DNA from: Flavobacteriales bacterium
Lineage (GTDB): Bacteria; Bacteroidota; Bacteroidia; Palsa-965
DNA: 64,000 bases
Direction of reading: 5' to 3'
Assembly (NCBI GenBank): GCA_040377305.1
Contig: JBEIPA010000010.1
Span: forward strand, 1-64,000
How positions within the stretch are numbered: the stretch's first letter is position 1; each line of letters opens with the position of its first letter. Positions 56,566-64,000 of the stretch are shown here, piece after piece. Both the position numbers and the translations under genes were made by a program. The notes below the pieces were generated by a model, which saw only the letters and a list, made by a program, of their open reading frames with translations, had not been told where the DNA came from and did no database searches.

Positions 56566-59500
56566 ACTTTGAATCCGGCGATGAGTACATCGTCGCATTG
56601 TTCTTCAGTGCCTTTCCAGGTATTGAAAGCGTCTCTGATTGTGTTTCCTTGTTCTTCCATGGGGAGAGACGCAATCATTTTGAGCAGACCTCTCAGATTC
56701 GGCGAAGAGAATTTACTCTGACGTGCTCCTCCAAACTGATCTGTGAAACCATCGCTGTACATGTAGAAGCAGTCGCCGCGATGAAGTTCCAGGGTTATTT
56801 CATCAAACACAGGAGTTGCCCGGGTATACACTCCTCCCAACCCTCCCTTGTGCGTTTTATACACGGTCACTTCTCCTCCGCGCACATGCAAAAGCGGACG
56901 ACCTGCTCCGGCAAAACGCAATATGTTTGTTGCTTTGTCAACCACGCACAAAGCAACGTCAAGTCCATCATGCGAAGAGTCACTGGATGCCTGCTGATGC
57001 AATGATGTTTTTATTTCTTTATTCAGGCTTTCCAGAATAACTGCAGGATTCGAATGGCCCTGATCAAAAACAACTTTGTTGATCAACGTTGAACTGATCA
57101 TGGACATAAACGCTCCAGGAACACCGTGACCCGTACAATCTGCAATCGCTATGAAGAAAAGATTGTCGCGCTCCGCAAACCAATAGAAGTCGCCACTCAC
57201 AATATCTCTTGGCTGGTAAAACACAAAACTATCCGGGAAATTCCGCTGAAAGATTTCCATATCGGTTAGAATCGCGAGCTGAATCCGTTTTGCATAACGT
57301 ATTGAATCGGTAATGTCTTTTGACTTCTGTTCAAGCTCTACATTAATTCGTGCTACACTTTCCTTTTCGGTCTCCAGCAAAAATGTTTTTTCCTTAACCA
57401 GCACTTGCAAACGTTCATTCATATTGACCAATGACACTGTTCGTATCCGTATGATGCTATAAACCAACATGGGCACAACGAGTATCAACATGACTGTGAA
57501 CCACGTTTTCTGCCAGAAAGGAAAGTCTATTGTAATGCGAATTGAATATGGCGTAGCTCCTGTTAGCATTGCGTTACGGGACGGCAAAACCTGAAGTTCA
57601 TAATTACCAGCCGACAATTGAGGAATAACAATCGAGCGGCCAGTTGCACTTCTCCACACGGTATCTGCCCCCATTATGCGGTAGTAAAACGGTCCGAGTG
57701 TATTCGCGGAGAACAGGATGCGATTGAATTCGAAAGTCAGATTGTATGAGCCCGGCTCCAGATTAATAGACCTGGATGGCACGCGCTCACTACCATCTAT
57801 AAAAAGACTGGCCAATGAAATGCGCGGATCCTGTCGGAGGTATTCTTTCGAGTCAGGCATCACTTCTATCAATCCGTTCTCCGAACATAAATACACAGAG
57901 CCTGACACATCATGAAAGACACATGGATTCAGTTTGTCGAAAAGCTTATTGTCGGTGCCGGTGAAGGAGTAAAAAAATGAGTCGCCCGGAAATTTCATAC
58001 TGATACCACTCCGGTGAATGATCCAGAGAATTCCGGCCTCGTCTGTACTTGCTGCAATACAATGATCGGAACGCAAACCGTTTTGCATCGAGTACATTTC
58101 ATTAACCTGCGAGCCTCCTGAAGGCGATAACGTAAATGAAAAAACACCGTCACCATCGGTGGTTACCCAATGCTGACCAGATGCATCGTCACAAACAGAA
58201 TTGATGACGTACGATTGCAGGTTAACAATATCATTCACCACTTTAACCTCACCGTGTTGCATCATATATGGCGGACTACCTTGCGAAGCAAACCAAACGT
58301 TGCCCGATGCATCGGCATTAAGCTGTCTGATATTGTTATGCGCCAGGCCATTTAATGTCGTATAGTACTGAGGTGGCGTACTGATATCCGCAAAAATGTA
58401 TAAGCCGTCTGACGTACCAACATATACTTCACCATTCGCTGCGTTCACGATGCCCGTAATTACTCTCGAATTCAGATGATACTTTTGAGAAATGTTTTCA
58501 AATCGGTCTGTGAGACGGGAATAGACATAAACGCCCTTCCCTTCCGTTCCAATCCACAACCTACCCGAGGTATCAATCGAAAGGCAAGACACTACTTCGT
58601 TAACGAATCCGTTACTTGCATCAAACTGTTTCGAATCTGACGCGCTTATTCGTGACACACCCGAGTCAGTTCCAATCCACATGTCGCCCAGATCATCTTT
58701 CAATACACAATTCACTTCGGGTCGTAACAAACCATTCTGTGTGGTATAGAACCGAAACACAGAATATGGAATCTCGACGAGGCCACTACCGAATGTTCCT
58801 ATCCACAGGTTATTCTCCGTATCAACAAACAGAGATTGAATATTATTATCGATCAACCCGGATGTTTCATTGAATACCTCAAAAGTGCGCGGCAGAAATG
58901 CAGGCGTAAAATCGAGTTTGTACAATCCATGTCCCATTGTACCTATCCACACCGTGTTGTCGTTGTTAAACTCAATGGCAGATACACTTACATCCGCACG
59001 AATCTGTGGTGCACCTAATTTACCTCTGAGCTCAAATGACTCTTGTCCGGCTGTGTAGTAGTAGACACCATCGTTCTCAACTGCAACAAAAAGAACGTCC
59101 TGCTGAAACATTTTCCCCAGGCAAACACTGGTGATATTTCGATTCTGAGTTTCCGGGAGTACATACAACAGATGCACCGAAAGATCAGCGAGCACTTCGT
59201 ATATACGTACGCCTGATTCGCTACCCACAACGAGGTGATCATTGAACGACACTACCGTGCCACGAAGAATATCACCACCCGACACCATGTTAACTTTATG
59301 GGTAAATGGATCAACGCGAAATAATCCGTTCCCTTCAGAAACACCCCACACGTTTCCATAGGCGTCTTCTGTAAAGGAATTTATTCGGCCTCGCACCTGC
59401 GTAGTTGAATCAACTATACTCGCGACATTCCGGTTGATAGAAGTAATTCCCGATTGAAAATGACCAACCCAAACCGTGCCATTGGTCCCCGAGCACACTT

Positions 59501-59741
59501 CCGACACCTGTTGTTCAGCCAGAGATTTTACCGGAGCCGCTTTCGAGAAGAAGTCTCCGTTGTAACTGATGACACCGGATTCAGTGCCCAAAATCAGTAC
59601 ACCATTCGTATCCTGATCAATAGAGAAAATGAATTTTTGCTCGAGACCTTTGTCTTCTGAGAACACACGCGTCGAAAATACCTGCGCATCCAATTGGCTA
59701 CATACAAGAAACAACAGCACATTTACAATCCAGTAACGCAT
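56562..59741 (-). CDS. Membrane sensor phosphatase: beta-propeller (Reg_prop) repeats, Y_Y_Y-like domain, TM, coiled coil, SpoIIE/PP2C
   Basis: D..G.(L/M)WIGT repeats, PFWQKTWF, IVSGDFY, ADCTGHGVPGA, YSDGFTDQFGG and DDVL. Confidence 0.93.
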   Translation of the reverse strand: MRYWIVNVLLFLVCSQLDAQVFSTRVFSEDKGLEQKFIFSIDQDTNGVLILGTESGVISYNGDFFSKAAPVKSLAEQQVSEVCSGTNGTVWVGHFQSGITSINRNVASIVDSTTQVRGRINSFTEDAYGNVWGVSEGNGLFRVDPFTHKVNMVSGGDILRGTVVSFNDHLVVGSESGVRIYEVLADLSVHLLYVLPETQNRNITSVCLGKMFQQDVLFVAVENDGVYYYTAGQESFELRGKLGAPQIRADVSVSAIEFNNDNTVWIGTMGHGLYKLDFTPAFLPRTFEVFNETSGLIDNNIQSLFVDTENNLWIGTFGSGLVEIPYSVFRFYTTQNGLLRPEVNCVLKDDLGDMWIGTDSGVSRISASDSKQFDASNGFVNEVVSCLSIDTSGRLWIGTEGKGVYVYSRLTDRFENISQKYHLNSRVITGIVNAANGEVYVGTSDGLYIFADISTPPQYYTTLNGLAHNNIRQLNADASGNVWFASQGSPPYMMQHGEVKVVNDIVNLQSYVINSVCDDASGQHWVTTDGDGVFSFTLSPSGGSQVNEMYSMQNGLRSDHCIAASTDEAGILWIIHRSGISMKFPGDSFFYSFTGTDNKLFDKLNPCVFHDVSGSVYLCSENGLIEVMPDSKEYLRQDPRISLASLFIDGSERVPSRSINLEPGSYNLTFEFNRILFSANTLGPFYYRIMGADTVWRSATGRSIVIPQLSAGNYELQVLPSRNAMLTGATPYSIRITIDFPFWQKTWFTVMLILVVPMLVYSIIRIRTVSLVNMNERLQVLVKEKTFLLETEKESVARINVELEQKSKDITDSIRYAKRIQLAILTDMEIFQRNFPDSFVFYQPRDIVSGDFYWFAERDNLFFIAIADCTGHGVPGAFMSMISSTLINKVVFDQGHSNPAVILESLNKEIKTSLHQQASSDSSHDGLDVALCVVDKATNILRFAGAGRPLLHVRGGEVTVYKTHKGGLGGVYTRATPVFDEITLELHRGDCFYMYSDGFTDQFGGARQSKFSSPNLRGLLKMIASLPMEEQGNTIRDAFNTWKGTEEQCDDVLIAGFKV

Positions 59742-59745
59742 AAAC

Positions 59746-60708
59746 TTATTTAGTTTGTTTCATTCCAATTTTATAGCGGTAACGAGGAACACCACCGATT
59801 GGTACAGTGTAAAAAGGCAACAGCTCGCCGTACTGATTCGTGATGAACACCACTATGTTATTATTCCGAACTGCATTCTGCTTAACAAACTGTACATCAA
59901 GTGAGGTATTGATTTCGTCCATCACTGTAGGATGTGTAGTGTCGACCCACTTTCCATCACCGTCCGCTTTGAAAAGCTCTCCCTTTTTAGCAACAGAAAT
60001 AATACGGACCATTCCATCCCGGTCGTAGTCGAAAATATTAATCTTAACTGCGATTACATTTTGAGAGACAAACGGGTATATGTGTGAGATGGATCCGACA
60101 GCATCGGGCAGGCGAAAGCAGAACTCGTATGCAAAAGAATTACCACCTTCCAATTCCACATTCGCATCGCGCTTCGACGACAAAAACAATTTGTACAGGT
60201 TGCCATCATCCCCCTCAAGTCCTTCAATGATGAGTTTGAAAACATATCCGCCGAACTCTGGCTGTAACTCCCCTTCAATCGGACTGAACGGTCCGAACGT
60301 ATACCATTTTCCATCATAGGCAGTGTCCTGACTGAACGTCATCGATTTCAATTGCACACCAATTCTGAAATTTCCAACGGGATCTTGTTTCCGTGCATCC
60401 GCATTTGAGTGACAACCTTCGCCACCATATACAGTAAAACGCGTCGTGGTATTAAAGCCTCCCTTATTTTCATCACACCCTCCGCCTGCATCAGCATCAA
60501 AAACCCGTATGTATAAAGGTTGGTTGGAGCTTTTAGGAATACAGAAGAAAAATGTCTGCACGAAATCGTCATCACCCCACGATTTGTCAGCTCCATTACC
60601 GAATGTGACAAGAAACGGAAAGTTCTGATCCAGGGCCGGAACCTGTTGCCCATATATGGTAGAACCAAGAAGGGAGAATACGAGGATTGGGAGTAAACGC
60701 TTTTTCAT
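59746..60708 (-). CDS. Secreted hypothetical protein
   Basis: Signal peptide ending YGQ; SWGDDDF, IRVFD and GDDGNLY motifs. Start moved to MKKRLL. Confidence 0.78.
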   Translation of the reverse strand: MKKRLLPILVFSLLGSTIYGQQVPALDQNFPFLVTFGNGADKSWGDDDFVQTFFFCIPKSSNQPLYIRVFDADAGGGCDENKGGFNTTTRFTVYGGEGCHSNADARKQDPVGNFRIGVQLKSMTFSQDTAYDGKWYTFGPFSPIEGELQPEFGGYVFKLIIEGLEGDDGNLYKLFLSSKRDANVELEGGNSFAYEFCFRLPDAVGSISHIYPFVSQNVIAVKINIFDYDRDGMVRIISVAKKGELFKADGDGKWVDTTHPTVMDEINTSLDVQFVKQNAVRNNNIVVFITNQYGELLPFYTVPIGGVPRYRYKIGMKQTK

Positions 60709-60712
60709 AATT

Positions 60713-62140
60713 TCAATTGACCACAGTTTTTTTGACAACACACCGACTCTCGGTTGCGCCCGTTTCTTTGTTCTTCAGTAATAAATAAATACGCGGATAG
60801 TAAACTCCAGTGCGGTGATAAGCATGCGTAAGTACGATACCTGTTCCGGTTGTACCATTGTCCAGATCATAGTACGCACTTAACAATTCATATTGCTTAG
60901 GATCAATCACCGCAGTGCCAATCGTAAACAATTGATGTTGCTTAATGGAATCCGGCGAATTAATATTCATGTAATTGGGCTGTGCGATACTGAATTCATA
61001 ATTCGTCTCGCTAATGATTACATCACCGCCCGAACTATCCCGCACGGTAAGAAGTATGGAGTACTCACCGGTTGTGTCAAAACACTTTTTGAGTTCATAT
61101 CCGTAATGAACAGTCCCGTCACTGAAGTTCCAGGTATATTTCATCTTCGCTGTGTCTCCGTTGCGCACGGTTGCTTCTTCGAAAAAGTCATAACAAAGTT
61201 CCACGGGCACAATCGTATCCTGTCGGTCTGCCGCGGGCCAGGAGTACGTGAAGTAGTAAATATCATCGTCTGCTTTTTCGTTCCCCCGATTGGAGGAAAA
61301 GAATCCTTCGGTATTCGTCGCATTCACGTAAAATGCAAAATCGTCTGCCGAAGAATTGATAGGATATGAAAGTCGTTGCACAGTGGAGTACGCTGTATCA
61401 GCAATTGCAATCGCAAGAATATCAAGTCCACCTGAACCGCCTGAACGGTTGCTGCTGAAATACAATACACCTGTTGCGGAACAGAATGGGAACAATTCAT
61501 TGTAGGGAGAGTTAATCTTTCTGCCCGCATTAATTGGCTGTGACCAGTTCGATCCGACTTTGTATACATAGTAGATGTCCATTCCTCCAAAGCCTCCGGG
61601 ACAATCCGACGCGAAGAATAACACAGAATCGCCTGAAGCAAATGATGGATGCACGTAATTGAAATCAGGGCCACAGAAAGCCAGTGCGCCTGCCTCCGTC
61701 CACTTGCCTTTCACGCGTAGCGATTGTAAAAGCGTCAACGTATTCTTATTTCTTGCGTTGCCGGTGTAGATTGCTGCCTGATGATCGCTGCTGAATGTTA
61801 CGGGACCTTCATTATAGGAACGCGTATTCAGTGCTTCTGAAAATGCAACCGGATGTGAGAATTCACCAGACCTTGTTTTCCGCACATAATACAAATCAAG
61901 CAAAGGATTATCGCGATCAGCGCTGAAGAAGCGCACTGCCAGATCATCGGAACGGCCAGAAGAGAAAACATATCCCTGATCATAAGGAGTCGCCGCGAAA
62001 TCTGAAACCTTCGAATTGAATTCAGGTTTAATACACTTGAACCAGGCTGTATCCGTGTTCATTCCTAATAACACACTGCCGTTCTGCGCAGAAAGAATCT
62101 GCACGCACAGCAAAGCGTGAATCAGGAACAGTGTTCTCAT
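60713..62140 (-). CDS. PorE-like PD40 beta-propeller protein with PKD domains, no OmpA domain
   Basis: NEGP, LFFASD.PGGFGGMDIY, LYFSSNR.GG.GGLDI and INSSADDF, then WNFSDG and YDLDNG PKD motifs. Confidence 0.82.
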   Translation of the reverse strand: MRTLFLIHALLCVQILSAQNGSVLLGMNTDTAWFKCIKPEFNSKVSDFAATPYDQGYVFSSGRSDDLAVRFFSADRDNPLLDLYYVRKTRSGEFSHPVAFSEALNTRSYNEGPVTFSSDHQAAIYTGNARNKNTLTLLQSLRVKGKWTEAGALAFCGPDFNYVHPSFASGDSVLFFASDCPGGFGGMDIYYVYKVGSNWSQPINAGRKINSPYNELFPFCSATGVLYFSSNRSGGSGGLDILAIAIADTAYSTVQRLSYPINSSADDFAFYVNATNTEGFFSSNRGNEKADDDIYYFTYSWPAADRQDTIVPVELCYDFFEEATVRNGDTAKMKYTWNFSDGTVHYGYELKKCFDTTGEYSILLTVRDSSGGDVIISETNYEFSIAQPNYMNINSPDSIKQHQLFTIGTAVIDPKQYELLSAYYDLDNGTTGTGIVLTHAYHRTGVYYPRIYLLLKNKETGATESRCVVKKTVVN

Positions 62141-63015
62141 CGGAATCGTGGATTAGCACGCTGAACAGTGTAACCAAAGTCATAACGCAACAGTATTTCA
62201 TGCGAACCGGAAGAGTATGACCTCAAATTCGATGTCGAAAAATCGTAGGAATAACCAACGGAGCACTGATCATTCACCCGCACATTCGCCATCGCAACCA
62301 TTGCGTCTTTGTGACGGTAACCCACGCCGAAGCCAATGCGGTCGCGTAACATGCAATTCGCATTTACATCAAATTGGTGGTAGCCTTTCGTCATGACTCT
62401 TCCCAACGTAGAAATGGTGAAGCGCGCTTTCTGCACATCTCCGAAACGAACTCCGGTAAATACCTGAATGGGCTGATCGGAAATACCACCCGGTTCACCC
62501 ATCACCGTGCGATTCGAAATACCGAAAAAGAAATGTTCGGAGTTCATTGACACTCCGTAACCAATTGTGAATCGTGTGTATTGGTCATTCGCACTGAACG
62601 CAGCATCTCCCTGCGCATTGGTTACAATCTCACTCCAGTTGTTTCTGAATAACTCTGCTCCCGGCGCAATTCCTGCAGCGAATGAAACGCGAGGAGTAAT
62701 AATTCTGTATGCGTACGAAAGACTTACCTCTGAGCGATGAATAACAGCAAGATTATCCTGCGCAGCAATCAAACCGATGTTATGATGCAGGTTCTTTACC
62801 GGAGAATGAATGGTAAACACAAATGTTTCCGGTGCACCATTAAAGCCGAGCCACTGCTTACGCGCGCTGAGTGTTGCCGACATGTAACCAATTTCTCCCG
62901 CGTTTGCCGGATTAATGGTCATTGGATTATTCATATACTGCGTCTGCAAAGGATTGAATTGCGCAATCGCAGCGAATGAGATGAGAACAAAAACAAACGT
63001 CAACGTTCTTTTCAT
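62137..63015 (-). CDS. Type IX secretion system membrane protein, PorP/SprF family
   Basis: QYM.N...INPA.AG, RKQW.G..GAP.T, GYSYD and GSHEI.LRY. Confidence 0.93.
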   Translation of the reverse strand: MKRTLTFVFVLISFAAIAQFNPLQTQYMNNPMTINPANAGEIGYMSATLSARKQWLGFNGAPETFVFTIHSPVKNLHHNIGLIAAQDNLAVIHRSEVSLSYAYRIITPRVSFAAGIAPGAELFRNNWSEIVTNAQGDAAFSANDQYTRFTIGYGVSMNSEHFFFGISNRTVMGEPGGISDQPIQVFTGVRFGDVQKARFTISTLGRVMTKGYHQFDVNANCMLRDRIGFGVGYRHKDAMVAMANVRVNDQCSVGYSYDFSTSNLRSYSSGSHEILLRYDFGYTVQRANPRFR

Positions 63016-64000
63016 AGCGTTGTTCGTTTTATGGCAATGAAGCCGGTGAATACTTTTGCTTCGTCCGCTTTCAGCACGTAATAATAAATGTCATCCGGAA
63101 GCTGTTCTCCGTTCATGCCGGTTCCATTCCAGTTGTTCTCGTAGTGTTGCGACACATAAACCTGATTTCCCCAGCGATTGAACACTTCAAATGCCGGACT
63201 TTCGAATTCATCGAGGCCAGTGACTTCAAAATATTCGTTCACACCATCTCCATTTGGGGAGAACCCACTCGGCACGATTAACTGCAGAATTTCAATGCGC
63301 ATGTCATCTGAATTTTCAGGACACGTTCCGTTCGAACTCCTCCATCTCAGAATATTTACACCGGGCGACAAATTTGAAACACGTGTGAATGGATCGTGAA
63401 TGTCATCGAATGTTCCTGAACCCTGAACGAAAGACCAAGTGCCCAATCCTGTGTCAATTGGATTTGCAGCGAGTTGAAACGACGTATTGTATCCTACAAT
63501 ATCCGGCCCGGCCAGCGCAACAGTTGGAGGTGAATACACCGTAATAGAAACAGTATCGGGTTCAGAGATGCAGAAACCATTTTGTGTGGTCCACTGGTAA
63601 TTCCATGTTCCGGCAGATAGTGTTGGCAGAATAGCGTTCGCATTTGTGGAATCCGGAATTGCAGGACTACCGTTAATGCTTTGCCAAAAACCTGTACCCA
63701 ATGATGGAGCTTGTGCCTGCAATGAAATTTGTTCTCCGCAAGCAAATAGATCTGACCCGGCATTTGCAAGCGATGGAAGTTGATTGTAAGTGATAACCAC
63801 GGTGTCTGTATTAGAAGCACAACTACCATTGGTGATGGTCCAAACGAAAATGTTCTGACCTACAGAAAGATTATTCACTTCGCATTCCGGTGACAACGCA
63901 TTGCTTAATGTTGCACCACCGCCGATCACGCTCCATACGCCATCGCCAATGACCGGTGTGTTTCCGAACAACGTGTCAAGCGGCAAACAACTATTCACAT
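63012..64000 (-). CDS. T9SS type B CTD cargo with Ig-like repeats (5' part outside the window)
   Basis: A.AG.D...G.W repeats; PSGFSPNGDGVNE...FNRWG...Y.N.W.G...G.I.IKR. Confidence 0.92.
   Translation of the reverse strand, partial: VNSCLPLDTLFGNTPVIGDGVWSVIGGGATLSNALSPECEVNNLSVGQNIFVWTITNGSCASNTDTVVITYNQLPSLANAGSDLFACGEQISLQAQAPSLGTGFWQSINGSPAIPDSTNANAILPTLSAGTWNYQWTTQNGFCISEPDTVSITVYSPPTVALAGPDIVGYNTSFQLAANPIDTGLGTWSFVQGSGTFDDIHDPFTRVSNLSPGVNILRWRSSNGTCPENSDDMRIEILQLIVPSGFSPNGDGVNEYFEVTGLDEFESPAFEVFNRWGNQVYVSQHYENNWNGTGMNGEQLPDDIYYYVLKADEAKVFTGFIAIKRTTL

Overview
Chromosomal window from a Bacteroidota bacterium. The assignment rests on T9SS cargo and PorP genes, a short primary sigma factor, long-form GAPDH and TAnnTTTG promoters. 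A housekeeping backbone (parA-parB-DUF5683, dnaE, phosphohexomutase, cbpA/cbpM, mltG-GNAT-dapF, degP, rpoD, gap, trxA, DUF58) is interleaved with accessory secreted, lipoprotein and signalling genes. I found no rRNA, complete tRNA or CRISPR array. Most notable: (1) the 3' end of an IS110-like transposase, apparently inserted in a REP-like palindrome at a TC dinucleotide; (2) a candidate ~173-nt multi-stem non-coding RNA at 46335-46507; (3) an operon coupling a T9SS type-B cargo, PorP and a PD40-PKD protein to a propeller/SpoIIE sensor phosphatase; (4) an orphan contractile-injection-system tube gene; (5) a synonymous duplicate of the mltG 3' end flanking a one-gene insert; (6) tandem lipoprotein plus beta-barrel cassettes; (7) many inverted arrays of 7-, 8- and 9-nt periodic repeats and REP-like palindromes at gene boundaries. 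All family assignments come from reading motifs by eye; no database search was run.
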